From positions 248,001 to 312,000 of the forward strand of contig NW_021835987.1 of the NCBI RefSeq assembly GCF_006345805.1: a stretch of DNA of 64,000 nt, in the 5' to 3' direction. Position numbers and translations under genes: made by a program. The notes under the pieces were generated by a model, which worked only from the letters and a program-made list of their open reading frames with translations, was not told the origin of the DNA and did no database searches. Below, piece after piece: positions 1-13,626 of the stretch. Positions within the stretch are counted from its first letter, which is position 1. Each line of letters begins with the position of its first letter. This DNA comes from Octopus sinensis (Eukaryota).

Positions 1-123
1 CCACGAAACTGCTGGCCTTCTGCCCAAATCTGATATCAATTTTCCCCTTCGTTATTGATGACATAATACCATTTATTTGGCAAATAATTGAACCTTGGGA
101 CGTAAAATTCTTCAGCTTTCGAA

Positions 124-1164
124 GCAAAGCAATATTTAATATCATTTGTGACCTCATCATAATTGACTGTTTTCTATCTACATAATCCTTTCTACTATAG
201 GCACAAGGCCTGAAATTTGGGGAAGTGGACTAGTCCATTACATCAACCCCAGTACGCAACTGGTATTTATTTTACTGATCCCGAAAGGCTAAAGGGCAAA
301 GTCAACCTTGTCGGAGTTTGAACTCAGGACGTAGCGACGGGTAAATATCGCTAAGCATTTCGTCCAGCGTGCTAACGATTCCGCCAGGTCGCCGCCCTTT
401 TTCCTTTCTAAGAGAATTTTTTCTACTATTGGCACAAGGCTCGATATTTTTGGGGCGGAGGCCTGTCGATTACATTGATCCCAGTACGCAACAGGTGCTT
501 AGTTTGTAGTCCCTGAAAGGATGAAAAAACCCTGGGTTCAAGTGTATCACGAAAGGCCTAGCTGGAGTCAGAAACTTCTGAGCTCTTTCACAGGGCTTAA
601 ATTAAATACCAGTTACACACTGGGGTCGATGTAATTGACTTAATCCATTTGTCTGTCCTTGTTTGTACTCTCTGTGTTTAGCCTCTTGTGGGTAGTAAAG
701 AAGTAGGTATTTCGTCTGTCTTTACATTCTGAGTTCAAATTTCACTGAGGTCAATTTTACCTTTCATCCTTTCAGGGTCCACAAACTAAGCACCTGTTGC
801 GTACTGGGATCAATGTAATCGACAGGCCCCCGCCCCCAAAATATTGTGCCTTGTGCCAATAGTAGAAAAAATTCTCTTAGAAAGGAAAAAGGGCGGCGAA
901 CTGGCGGAATCGTTAGCATGCTGGACGAAACGCTTAGCGATATTTACCCGTCGCTACGTCCTGAGTTCAAACTCCGACGAGGTTGACTTTGCCCTTCAGC
1001 CTTTCGGGGTCAGTAAAATAAATACCAGTTGCGTACTGGAGTTGATGTAATGGACTAGTCCACTCCCCCAAGTTTCAGGCCTTGTGCCTAGAGTAGAAAG
1101 GATTATGTAGATAGAAAACAGTCAATTGTGATGAGGTCACAAATGATATTAAATATTTCTTTGC
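124..1164. repeat. Local inverted duplication (arms about 124-526 and 762-1164)
   Basis: Arms are reverse complements, including non-SINE sequence at the outer ends. Confidence 0.85.
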
Positions 1165-1392
1165 AACACCTCGTACTGAATTTCCCCACACCTACACGTG
1201 TGTAATATTATATCACACAATGATGCTCTTCGTTAAGTACTGCGAGACTTATGCTTCGCTGAGGAGGTATAATAACACCGAAATGTGTCCTGAGTTTTTC
1301 CTTGTGTTCACCACGCAATTATAATTAGACTTATAGTACTTAATATATTAACCTAGCAGAGAGACAATTAAAGCAGGTGACGAAATACTTAC

Positions 1393-1553
1393 TGTCATTC
1401 CATATAACTTGCAAATTTTCAGGTGAGTAAAATATTACAGGAGGAGGAGGAATTGCCTCAAATGGACAGAAACTACTTTGAACAACCATGAACCAACCGC
1501 TGTCTCCTCCACATTCATTATGTAGAGATGACACATAGAAACGACGTCTTCCA
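1393..1553 (-). CDS. Copy A exon 4
   Basis: TTACAG acceptor, GTAAGT donor, 161 nt: GRRRFYVSSLHNECGGDSGWFMVVQSSFCPFEAIPPPPVIFYSPENLQVIWND. Phase-compatible with exon 3. Terminal exon not seen in 1-1392. Confidence 0.85.
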
Positions 1554-1903
1554 CTGTAAAGGGAGAAAAACAAAATAAGATATCGCTGTAGTTTTCGTTT
1601 TGCTGCTATTGTCGTTATCAGATGTTGAGGTTTAGAAGTTTGCCTCGCAATTACATAATTTATGAAGTAACCTGGCTTCCAAGTTCGAACTGAAACTGCT
1701 CAGCGATACACTGGACAAGTAGTGTCCACTACTTTAGAGTCCACGAAATCTTTGTGAGTGAAAGTTTCGTAGAAGTAATCTGTGTGTAGGGCAATACTAA
1801 GAAGGACGGTCCTTATACGTGTGTAGTAGCCTTTATTTACATTATTTACATTATTTACATTATTTACATTCGACGGATATTTGTCCTCATCTTGTTTCTT
1901 GTT

Positions 1904-1949
1904 AACACAACGTTTCCGCTGATATACCCTCCAGTCTTCATCAGGTGTC
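1904..1949 (-). ncRNA. Minimal type I hammerhead-ribozyme-like motif
   Basis: Minus strand reads GACAC-CUGAUGA-agaCUGgagggtatatCAGcg-GAAA-CGUU-GUGUU. Stem I GACAC/GUGUU; palindromic AACGUU stem III. Confidence 0.6.
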
Positions 1950-2008
1950 TTGGGGAAAATTTCGAACCTGGGTTCTCATCCCTCAGGTATTCTTCGATGT
2001 TGTTGTTG

Positions 2009-2055
<47 letters not shown>

Positions 2056-2119
2056 ATTATGGTAATTATTATTATTATTATTATTATTATTATGGTTATT
2101 ATTATCGTTATTATCATTA

Positions 2120-2199
<80 letters not shown>

Positions 2200-2202
<3 letters not shown>

Positions 2203-2520
2203 TAGTTTTATTTTTATAGCGTGCTTTTACTTCACTACCGAGCGCAGCTCTGTGTGCCTTGGGTATGTGCTGTGATTTGTTGTGATGCTCTGATGGTTAT
2301 TGTATGGAAAGTGTTCTGCGTAGGATGTGTGCAGTGCCTAGTAGTGCAATTTTCTGTATGTTATATGTGTTTGTAAGTCCTGGTGTTTTTGTTATGTAGT
2401 TGTCTGAATATTTTTTTATCATGCCTAATGCACCTACTATGATAGGAATTGTTTCTGTCTTCAGATTCCACATTCTAGTTACCTCTATTTCCAGGTCTTT
2501 GTATTTTGAGGTCTTTGTAT
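2200..2520 (-). mobile_element. R4/Dong-like non-LTR retrotransposon 3' end in (AAT)n
   Basis: KYKDLEIEVTRMWNLKTETIPIIVGALGMIKK...QKIALLGTAHILRRTLS, a restriction-like endonuclease C-terminus, followed by an (AAT)n tail. Confidence 0.75.
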
Positions 2521-2693
2521 TATTATTATTTTTATTATCATTATTATTATTATTATCATTATTATTATTATCATTATTATTATAATTATTATTATTATTA
2601 TTATTATTATTATCATTATTATTATTATTATTATTATCATTAATATTATTATTATCATTATCATCATTATTATTATTATTATTATTATTATCA

Positions 2694-2724
<31 letters not shown>

Positions 2725-2747
2725 AATCATAATAATAATAATAATTA

Positions 2748-2778
<31 letters not shown>

Positions 2779-3083
2779 TTTTATTATTATTATTATCATC
2801 ATCATTAATATTATTATTATTATTATTATCATCATCATCATCATCATCGTTATTATTATTATTATTATTATTAATATTATTATTATTATTATTATCATTA
2901 TTATTATTATCATTATTATTATTATCATTATTATTATTATTATTATCATTATTATTATTATTATTATCATTATTATTATTATTATTATTATCATCATTAT
3001 TCTTATTATTATTATTATCTTCATCATCATGATTATTATTATTATTATTAATATTATTATTGTCATTATTATTATTATTATCA

Positions 3084-3117
<34 letters not shown>

Positions 3118-3172
3118 CATTATTATTATTATTATAATTACTATCATTATTATTATTATTATTATAATTATT

Positions 3173-3203
<31 letters not shown>

Positions 3204-3362
3204 ATATTATTATTATCATTTTATTATTATCATTATTATTTTAATTATTAATATTATCATTATTATCATTATTATTAATATCATTATTATTATTATTATC
3301 ATCATCATCATTATTATTATTATTATTATGATTATTATTATAATAATTATTATTATTATTAA
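2515..3362. repeat. (ATT/ATC)n microsatellite
   Basis: Direct inspection; source of the poly-Ile ORFs. Confidence 0.95.
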
Positions 3363-3546
3363 TACCGCTAAGCAATTCGGCTGGCGTGCTAACGTTTCCG
3401 CCAGCTCGCGACATTAGTACTTTATTCACCGGTACTTTATTTATAAACGCCATTGGGATAAAAGTATGTGTCAATCTCAAAAGGTTTTGGACAGAGAATG
3501 TAAATTACAAATAGCTAAAAAAAATATACAGATAAAAATTACTTAC

Positions 3547-3710
3547 TGAAATCCTTCCATTGAGAAGAGATTGACAGAAGCCGAAAATACGTCCGACCAA
3601 GGAGAGCTTTTCAACTTTTCACGAGAGAACCAGCTTTCAATGCTTGTATTTCGTCCATCGAACACCATATTAACCACAGCTGTTTGGTTTTTATAAACCA
3701 CTAGTTTCAC
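3547..3710 (-). CDS. Copy A exon 3
   Basis: TTTTAG acceptor, GTAAGT donor, 164 nt, open: VKLVVYKNQTAVVNMVFDGRNTSIESWFSREKLKSSPWSDVFSASVNLFSMEGF. Not in the ORF track; decoded by hand. Confidence 0.85.
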
Positions 3711-4819
3711 CTAAAAAACAAAAATCATGTATTATTATTGAGAGAGAGAGAGTAGTGCATGCAACCAAAGTGAGAGAAGCAATATTGGTATTGAATTGCC
3801 ATCGTTATATCATAGTTAACGTGGTAATAGTTTAAGGACGCAATAAACCTGCAGTATTCGTTCTGAGAAAGTATCTCGTATAGACGTATAGTGATAAAAA
3901 GCTCAGAATACTACCATGGGTTTTATGCTAATGAGGCGCAAACACAATGAAGACACCTAATCTAACATTTCCACTGCCGGTGGTGGACAATTTTGTCTGT
4001 TGCTGATATTTTGTGCTTTTTAGCATTATACGTCTATACGGGCAAAGTCGCGTCGTCAGGGTTTTGTTAATCAAAGCTTTTCTATATCAGTAGAACTTTA
4101 CCAATAACTTTTCTTTTGTGTCTCTGACTGTTCCACTTCAACGGAAGTCAGTGTCATACGGAACGTAGACAGGATTTATTTACTTTTTAACTATTATTTA
4201 CATCGATATACTTTTAGTATCTTTTCTCATTTCTATATTTTTGCACTTCCACGACCTTCTTTCTCAATGGAATGTTAAACATAAAAATATGGTAGCGTCG
4301 TAAAAGAAAAGAAAAACTAAGGATTATCCAGCAGTGCTCGGACACTACTCACCTGAAAACGTGCAAGTATACAGTTACTTTAGAATCATATTAATGCAAT
4401 AGTGTGTATGATGTATGTAACTTTCAGTAATTACCAGCTGGTAATGATGCACTGAAACAATTGTAGTGATTAGAAATAAAAGTTGTTTATTCCATCTTGT
4501 CGTATTGAAATTTATTAAACACACACATACATATCAGTGTGTGTGTTTGTTTGAGCGCACAGATAGCGCAAATATATTCTGAGTGTTTTCAAATGGCAGT
4601 GTCAATAGACTTGTGAACGTAATATTTTGAAGTACATAATATTTATTCACGTGCTTTTACGTTCTGAGTTTAAGGTAAACTTTGATTTTTAAAATCAGTA
4701 AAATAAGTAATCACAAGAACAGTGATTGTTTCCTCCCACAAAATGGATGACTTGATGCCAACTTAAGTTTGTTTATGTTTGTGTATATAAATGCGCATAA
4801 GAATCATTTATGCACGTAC

Positions 4820-4998
4820 CTCATCAATTGAAAGATGGTCCCAGAGATCGAGGAAAGGATGTCGGAAAAGTTTAGGACAGACGGCACCTATGCATTCGCT
4901 CACATTCCAGGTTGAAGGAATTCCTTCATTCAAAAATGATTCATAGACTTTCGAACCAAGTCCCATCGATAAGGCATATACTTTGATCCATTGACTAT
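4820..4998 (-). CDS. Copy A exon 2
   Basis: TTTCAG acceptor, GTACGT donor, 179 nt: SQWIKVYALSMGLGSKVYESFLNEGIPSTWNVSECIGAVCPKLFRHPFLDLWDHLSIDE. Same length and phase as paralog exons 2. Confidence 0.85.
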
Positions 4999-5039
4999 CT
5001 GAAATAATAGTAATAATAATGATAATAATAATAATAATG

Positions 5040-5098
<59 letters not shown>

Positions 5099-5384
5099 AA
5101 GAAGAAGAAGAAGAAGAAGAAAAAACAACAACAACAACAACAACAACAATAATAATAATAATAATAATAATTATGGGATGGGCTACTTGACCTGAAGAAT
5201 AACTGGGCGCCAACTGTAAGGCCGTGCGCTGTTTATCTTGATATGAGAGCACCATGTCATGCACATATGATTGGGTTGCAAGTACCCGGTTAAAGTTTAT
5301 CAGACGGGTGGACATGATAGGTATGATGAGTTAGTATAATTGTACCCTAGTTTCACGTTGATAGCATGCACTGCTCTCTTACTC

Positions 5385-5489
<105 letters not shown>

Positions 5490-5502
5490 TAATAATAATA
5501 AA

Positions 5503-6057
5503 TGCCCTGATGCAGTACCAGGCAGTGGTTCTCATGGCTTCTGATCTTAACTGATTGGAAGTGTTATCATGTACATTGTTTTGTCTTAGTATAAGAGATG
5601 GGCTACAGCAAATATTCTGCTCAATACCACAGATTTGCTTATCAGTTGTTTGACTTTAACCAGTTGAGCATGTCCCTTAGTGGCTGACGATATGTGCAAA
5701 TCTGATCACGAGCAGAAGTAGTGGGGGAGTATCATAGTCATGTGTTGAGAAGGATTCTTTGGGGTTTGAATAATTCACCTCTGGAAACATGGGTGTTTCG
5801 TTCAACATCCTTAAACAACCCTTACTCAGGGACCTTTTGAGCAGGATGGGTTACTCGACCAGAAGAAAATTCTAACTGGGCCCCACCTGCAAGGTCATCT
5901 GCTGTTTATCTTGATATAAGATCATCATGTCTCGCACATATGGTTGTGATGCATGTGCCTGGTGTGCCCTTATCAGACGGGTAGTCATGATGGGTATACT
6001 GGGCATCGTATATTTTACCCCAGTGTCACTTTGATGGCATGCACTGATCTCTCACTC

Positions 6058-6058
<1 letters not shown>
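5503..6058 (-). mobile_element. (AAT)n-embedded interspersed repeat (other copies about 5180-5380, 25558-25975, 60521-60910)
   Basis: Same ~550-bp sequence, always starting within (AAT)n/(ATT)n. Family assignment is uncertain. Confidence 0.7.
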
Positions 6059-6125
<67 letters not shown>

Positions 6126-6159
6126 TAACAATAATAATAATAATAATAATAATGATAAC

Positions 6160-6233
<74 letters not shown>

Positions 6234-6541
6234 TAACAATAATAATATGTATAAAGTTAAACTGCACCCGGTTGTCCACTTTCGACGAGGGAATAGTGAG
6301 GCACCCTTAACCATAATTACCTTCAGGTTAGCCTTGGGAACGTTGTAGTACCTCTAAGCCAATCCGGAGATCATGAAATTCCAGGTTGGCGTCTGGCAGA
6401 GTTTAGGTCTGATTTCAAATTGTGACACAAGGTCAGCAATTTCGAGCAGGACGTCGATGACATTGACCTCAGTGTTAAACTGTTAATTATATCTTACCTC
6501 GGCAAAAAAAAAAAAAAAACAGAAAAAGAAGCATCACTTAC

Positions 6542-6842
6542 ATCTATAGAAGGCAATCTCGTTGACGTTAGTCTTGTTGACGACTGTTATTATATCTTTC
6601 GGTGAGTAATTCTTACAAACACGGCTGACTTTGTTGTAAGTGAAAACTTCTGATTGTCTCTGTAGAGCGATGGCGGCACATTCCAGTCGACTTCCTGCGG
6701 TGGGGAATTGTTGTTGTGTTGGAGGTGTCTCAATATAATCATAGGAATAACCAGGTTCCAAACGTTTGTAGTTAGCTTCCTTAATTCCCAGACCTGAGGT
6801 GACAGCCAGGATTGTTGTAAGGGTTAACAGCATCACTTCCAT
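6542..6842 (-). CDS. Copy A exon 1: signal peptide + reduced PAN/apple-like domain
   Basis: ATG at 6842 gives MEVMLLTLTTILAVTSG...SRLECAAIALQRQSEVFTYNKVSRVCKNYS...FYR. GTAAGT donor follows 6542 (301 nt, phase 1). Homologous to the exons at 12744 and 52717. Confidence 0.8.
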
Positions 6843-6921
6843 CACTTCTTGATGAATGAAGAAAAACTGCGATATTCTTGTTCACCGGAAGGAGTTAGAA
6901 GGGGGAAAGAAATGGCATGAA

Positions 6922-6964
<43 letters not shown>

Positions 6965-7309
6965 AAAAGAAACAGAAGGGAGTTTAATATGTAAGGGGAA
7001 AATGCGTCAGAGGGTATTTCTGAAGATGAGGAAATATTAGAGAGTAAGAGGGAGAAATCCTGGAAGAGAGAAAATCCTGAAATGACAAGATGGAGAACGT
7101 TTGCGTGTGAGAGGAAGGGTGCTTGCAAAAAAAGAGAAACGGATTTGAAATAAATTATAATTTAGGATAGTCTGTCTGTCTGTCTGCCTCTCTCCCTAGG
7201 TATGTGTTTGTGTATGTGCTTGCATGCATGTGTGACCCTCTGGATCTCTCGGCATACCAGCAAAACACAAAATCCCACCAGCCGGCATCACCACTGCCAC
7301 CAAGCTCAT

Positions 7310-7313
7310 CATG

Positions 7314-7345
<32 letters not shown>

Positions 7346-7635
7346 TGCATGTATGTATGTATTATGTATGTATGTATGTGTGTGTGTATGTATGTACGTA
7401 TGTATGCATGTATGCATGCATGTATGTATGCATGTATGTATGTATTATGTATGTATGTATGTGTGTGTGTATGTATGTATGTATGTATGTATGTATGTAC
7501 GTATGTATGCATGTATGCATGCATGTATGTATGCATGTATGTATGTATGTATGTATGTTTGTATGTATGTATTATGTATGTATGTATGTGTGTGTGTGTG
7601 TGTGTGAGGTGCGTGTGTGTGTGTGTTTATGTGTG
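7310..7635. repeat. (TATG)n/(TG)n microsatellite
   Basis: Direct inspection. Confidence 0.95.
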
Positions 7636-8169
7636 TGTTTGTCCCACCACCAACATTGCTTCACACTGATGTTGGTGTGTTTGTGTCTCTGTTATTTGGA
7701 TGTTCAGCAGAAGAGACTGATAGAATAAACACCCGGGCTTACAGGGAATAAGTCCAAGGGTAAACTTCTTCGACTAAAGGGTGGTGCTCTAGCATGGCCA
7801 CTCTCAATTGACTGAAACAAGTAGAAGAATAAAAGAATACCAGAAAAACGTTCCGTAACACGAAACCAAGAAGGTTCTTTGAATACGTACGATGTATTTT
7901 AAGGTTAAATAGTGATTCCGTTTACGTTTTTGTATCTGAGATATTTTGGTTGGATTATGTAGTCGTTGGTGTTACATTACTTTCTACATTCTGTAATTAT
8001 CACAATATACTTTTCTAGGCTTGAAATTTATGTTGTGAGGGTACCAGTTCATTACATCGACCTCAGTACACAACTGGTACTTAATTTATCGAGCTCCAAA
8101 AGACGAAAGGCAAATTCGAGCTTGGCAGAATTTGAACTCAGGACGTAAAGACAGACGGCCATAATATAT

Positions 8170-8400
8170 ATTTCTTTATTGCCCACAAGGGGCTAAACAT
8201 AGAGGGGACAAACAAGGACAGAAAAACGGATTAAGTCGATTACATCGACCCCAGTGCGAGACTGGTACTTTATTTATCGACCCCGAAAGGATGAAAGGCA
8301 AAGTCGACCTCGGCGGAATTTGAACACAGAACGTAACAACAGACGAAATACCGCTAAGCATTTCGCCCGGCGCGCAAACGTGTCTGCCAGCTCGCCGCCT
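8170..8400 (-). mobile_element. tRNA-derived SINE family 1 (other copies about 187-400, 890-1100, 20400-20720, 55399-56000)
   Basis: Recurrent GGCGGCGAGCTGGCAG...GAGTTCAAATTCCGCCGAGG head with a B-box-like motif. Confidence 0.8.
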
Positions 8401-8776
8401 TCAAAAGACGGCCATAATATACAAACATTTCTCATGGCACCAGGACACTGCTTACAAATGCTTACATTTTTAATGTGTTCCGTGAACTTTTCACGGGCCC
8501 AGCTTGTCTAAATTATTACGCTTAGCATTAACATACAAGCAAAAATATGGATGACTTTATTATGTTCAGTAAACCAAATCATCTTTACTAATTGTATTCC
8601 TTACTTAAAATATCGTATATTATTATAAGCTAACATTTCTAAATTCCATTATATAAAATAAAATTTAGAAATGTTAAATTACTACCATAGTTAAAGTAAG
8701 GGATCTTTAGCTTTTGACCAACAGATTTAAAAAATAATTGTTTGTAACCAAACACTTTCAATAGACGTATTTCGGT

Positions 8777-9136
8777 AATTTCAACCAATCAATGACGTGC
8801 ATTCAACTGAATAAAATTACTGCCGTTGATGGTCAACAACAACTATTGGCGGTGTATTTTTCGTTTGTCACTGTTATTTATGACATCGTTCGTGAGTTTG
8901 TATTGGTTTTAGCTTTAAGGTTTTAGGGTTAGAGTTAGGGTTTTAGGGTTAGGGTTAGGGTTAGGGTTTTAGGGTTAGCGTTAGGGTTTTAGGTTTAGGG
9001 TTAAGGCTAAAGCTTTAGGGTTAGGGTTGTCATGAATAACAGTGACAAACGAAAGATCCACCACCGGAAGTTCTTGTTGTCAAACAACAGCAGTAATTTT
9101 ATTCAGCTGAATACACGTCATTGATTGGTTGAAATT
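8777..9136. mobile_element. Foldback element with ~110-bp inverted arms enclosing degenerate (TTAGGG)n
   Basis: 8777-8885 is the reverse complement of 9028-9136; TTAGGG/TTTTAGGG units lie at about 8921-9028. Confidence 0.7.
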
Positions 9137-10417
9137 TAAAGAGCAATAGCTTCGTAAATATAAGTTTTTTTCTCAAAAATGCTAAGAGTAAAAGATGTTT
9201 TATATGACACATTCTACCAGTGTCCGAAGTTTGAAAGTGTTTAGTTACAAAAAAATATTTTTTAAATCTGTAGGTCCAAAGGTAAAGATCCAAAGTAAGA
9301 GATATAGTTAGTAAAGAAGATTTGCTTTACTGAACATAATAACGTTATGTATATTTTTGTTTGTATATTTATTGCTAAGCGTAATCATTTATGAGGCTTG
9401 TATGAACAGTTTTGCACCTTCAAGGCGTTTGAAGTCTTGTACGTTCATCAGAAGTCTTGTACCATGTTATTTTCTAGTCTCAAGACTTTTCATACACCCC
9501 TCGTAGATTAGTCGTTTTCCTTGAAGTTTATTCTAGCTATCTACTGCACACATGCAAATTTTATTTAACGTTCCTAAAAGTGAAAATGCTCTTAACGGTT
9601 TATAGATATTTGCGTTTTGAATATTTATCTACATGACAATTTCAAATGGTGGAACTAGGAACTTTCTCTTAAATTCTCCGATACAGCCGTTTTACCAAAT
9701 AGATTGTATTGATTAATTTATAGATTTTATAGATATAAACATAAAGAAATAACTAAATAATCATCCATTTTCCGTTGTTAACTCTGTTTAATATTCTCTG
9801 GACGTATATTAATACATCATATTAAGACAAAACTATTTGTTGGAAATGCCATATGTTCTACGGCATTCACCTGAGACTTACTATATATCTACTTGGACTT
9901 GACTCCCGACTTTGATAATCTGTATCTATAAAAAGCATGATGTGTGTGTGCGTGTGTGTGTGTGTGTGTGTACGTGATTGTAGTTTATGCACGTCCACAA
10001 ATTAGCACGCATGTCGCTCCAATTTTAGGAGAACATTCGTCAACACCCTACCTAGGTTTTCTCAGCTTATTTTTTTCCCGAGGCACCCGCGGATACCGGT
10101 AAAAATCTATTTTCAGCCATAGCTTTTACCAATTTTACATGAGCTAAGTCCCTTCTAGCTATAGCCAAGCGAAAGTGTGTTTGTAAGGGAGAGAGAGAAG
10201 TTGTGTGTTGATGTATGTGTGTGTGTGTGTGCTTGTGTGTGTTTGTGTTTGTGTGTGTGCGTGTGTGCGTGCGTGGGTGTATCTGCGTGTGTTTGTGTGT
10301 GTGTGTTTGTGTGCGTGTGTGTGTGTTTGTGTGTGTGTGTGTGCGTGCGTGTGTGTTTGTGTGTGTATGCGTGTGTTTGTGTGTGTTTGTGTGTGTGTGT
10401 GCTTGTGAGTGTGTGTG

Positions 10418-10452
<35 letters not shown>

Positions 10453-10814
10453 TTGTGTGTGAAAATATATTTAGCAGAATCCTGTCACGTCAATCGTTAC
10501 GACAAAGTTTTTTTACGAGCTTCCACAGGTCGATATTCCTTTCATTATTTCATGAGATGAAAGACATCAATAACTAACGATGTGTTGTGATCGATATGAT
10601 CTGACTTATAAACCTATTCTCAATGTGTGGTCAGAAGAAACTGTGTGGTATGAAGCTTGCTTCCCAATCACATTGTTCCACGTTCAGTCCCACTGTCCGG
10701 TAACTTGGGGGCAAGTGTCTCCTACTATAGCCTCGTACTGACCAAAGAGTTGTGCGTGGATTTTGTAGACGGAAACTGAAAGAAACCCGTCGTATATATG
10801 TATGTATGCATATA

Positions 10815-10872
<58 letters not shown>

Positions 10873-10901
10873 GTATTATATTATATTATATTATATTATA
10901 T

Positions 10902-10955
<54 letters not shown>

Positions 10956-10956
10956 G

Positions 10957-10994
<38 letters not shown>

Positions 10995-12004
10995 GTATTA
11001 TATTATATTATATTATATTATATTATATTATATATATATATATATATATATCGAAACGCGTGTTAACACACCAGCATCGGTTGTCAAGCGATGTTAATAG
11101 TGATAAATTATATGGTTGTTGACATATTGTCCTTTTTCGGCATATTAGACATTAGAATTTTTTTTTCTTTTGCCCTTGTTTATAAGTTGTATATGCTGGT
11201 GTGTTTACGTCCCTGTCACTTAGCGGTTCGTCAAAAGAGACCGATAAAATAAGTACTTGGCTTACAAAGAATAAGTCCTGGGGTCGATTTGCTCGACTAA
11301 AGGCGGTGCTCCAGCATGGTCGCAGTCAAATGACTGAAAGAAGTAAAAGAGTATAAATAAGTAAAAGAAGATATGATGGAATATTGTACTCGTATTGAAT
11401 TAATCTTCTTCTTGGTTTTGTCTCGCGAAGGAAAATTTCTGAAGGATTTGGTCCTCATTCTCTGCAGATATGCTCGTGGTTAAACACAGCCAATGCAAGA
11501 GAGGCAGGTACGTTCGAAGTGGCTGCAGTTGTAAGTCAGCTCAGGACTTTATGGCGTGATGCTGCGGTTGTGGTTCTTCCTCCTGTGCTTTTTGGGTTTA
11601 AGAGTTAAAGGAAATAGATTACGGTAAATATCGATTATCCACTGCGATAATGAGCTAAAGTTTGTAATGTATTCTTGATTAAGTACTAATTATATTAGCA
11701 TGATTGGAGGGAAAAAGCAAGAAAAATTATACAGTTCTATACGAGCATATGGCGTAGTGGTTGAGAGCGCGGGCTACTAACCCCAAGGTTCCGAGTTCGA
11801 TTACAAGCAGTGACCTGAACAATAACAACAACAACAACAACAATAATAATAATAATAATAAGTTTCTGATGCCGAGGTGGAAATCCACGCCGCCGGCATC
11901 CGAAACTTGTCACATGTTATATTTTCAGATAAGTTCCTCTATTGACATAATATCGAGGTCTCTTTCATTCTTTGTTGTCTTACCATTTTTATCAATATAT
12001 ATAC

Positions 12005-12074
<70 letters not shown>

Positions 12075-12743
12075 CTTTCTAATTATATAGCACCGATAAT
12101 TGCCGTGATGCATGTAAAGACGTGTAGTGTGAGACTGGGGAAAACTGTCCATGCTATGTTTCAATGTCTGTAAGTAAGTTAAATGGAAAGCGTTAGAAGC
12201 CAGTGCATTTGCGTGTTTATTTGTCATAAAATGCAAGAGAATATCTTTTAACGTGTCCGATATCAATTGTTAAAATAGATTGTGTACTGTTTCAGAAGTA
12301 TATCCCTGTTACCTCGTCCACGCCGATGAATTTGAATGGCTTTCTATAATGGGTGTAGCGACGTGAAACGTCCTTTCTTTCATGCCTCTACCTACTGAAA
12401 CACCAACCTCAAAACATCCCATCACCATTATTGCTAACATCCGAACAATTTCAGTAATTACACAGCCGTAATTTTCTGTATGTTTAGTGAAGCGCATGTC
12501 TCTATTCAATCTCTCCCTGCTCCATTCTTTCTTTCTGTTGTGTGGACGCCCCCAGACGATGAAGTAGACTCGCTCAATACGTAGATATATAAGGAGAAGC
12601 CTAGACGCCAGGAGCACAGCTGAATAGTAGTCAGAGCAGAGTACAGGTATCCGAACGTGCGACATAACACTTTCTTTCTTTCTATATTCCTTTCATACAA
12701 TTCTGTCTCCTTGTGTCTCCTTCTGGTGATCTTAGAGCCAAGA

Positions 12744-13074
12744 ATGTTCCAGTTTCCTTTTACCCGTCCTGCTGCAATTGCAGTGCTGCTGTTAACCCTT
12801 ACGACAATTCTCGTCGCTACATCTGATCAGCAATTCAAAGAAGGCAACTACAAATCTTTGGGTCCAGGTTATTCTTATCGTTACCTTCAGACATCTCAAA
12901 CGGAACAATTTCATCAAAAGCGAAGTCTACCGGAATGCGCCCTCATCGCTCTAAACAGCCAATCGGAATTCTTTACTTACAACAAAGTCAGCCATGTTTG
13001 TAAGAATTACTCATCGAAGAATATAATGACAGTCGCCAGAACGAATGACAAGAACGAGATTTCCTTCTATAGAA
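12744..13074 (+). CDS. Copy B exon 1: signal peptide + reduced PAN/apple-like domain
   Basis: ATG 12744 MFQFPFTRPAAIAVLLLTLTTILVATS (hydrophobic leader), then SLPECALIALNSQSEFFTYNKVSHVCKNYS. GTAAGT donor at 13075. Confidence 0.85.
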
Positions 13075-13460
13075 GTAAGTGAAGTTGTTGTATTGCTTTT
13101 CTTTCTTTTTACTTTCTGCGTAAAGATAACTAAGAAAACTAGAGATGATGTAATCGACTAACTCCTCTAACTTCGAAATTGCTGGCATTGTGCTGAAATT
13201 TGAAACTCCTGTTGTTGTTGTTGTTGAACCTTCATGCCTCTACTTTTAAAATCTACCTGTCTTACTTCGCTATTTTCCACCTGATATATTCTCTATTTGA
13301 TATTTTCGATTTCTACATCGGTTAACCAGCATTTCATTCTTATGTCTTCCTTGGTCACTAGGTCTCTGTCGAGTTATATCCCACGTTCCCTTTTCAAACC
13401 ATATCTCTCTCATTCTGTCCATCGTAACCAAACCTGCTAGGTTCACATCGAACATAACAT

Positions 13461-13510
<50 letters not shown>

Positions 13511-13556
13511 TTATTGTCATATATTATTATTGTTGTTGTTGTTATTGTTTTGGTGG

Positions 13557-13626
<70 letters not shown>

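Noticed and set aside
1945-3480. Long poly-Ile/Tyr/Asn ORFs (also Cys-Val, Met-Tyr-Val-Cys and His-Thr ORFs elsewhere)
   Set aside because: They are translations of microsatellites that lack stop codons in some frames; no coding signal
8921-9028. True telomere or chromosome-fusion site
   Set aside because: Short, degenerate, single orientation and enclosed by inverted arms
9445-9451. CTGATGA on the minus strand
   Set aside because: No GAAA or stems at a suitable distance
11743-11860. Possible tRNA gene
   Set aside because: A/B-box-like motifs but no proper acceptor stem, and an (AAC/AAT)n tail; it is a SINE head. The same applies to the other tRNA-like heads.
12200-12290. Short match (TGCGTGTTTATTTGTCA) to about 62455 as a conserved promoter element
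   Set aside because: Too short and AT-rich to support by eye
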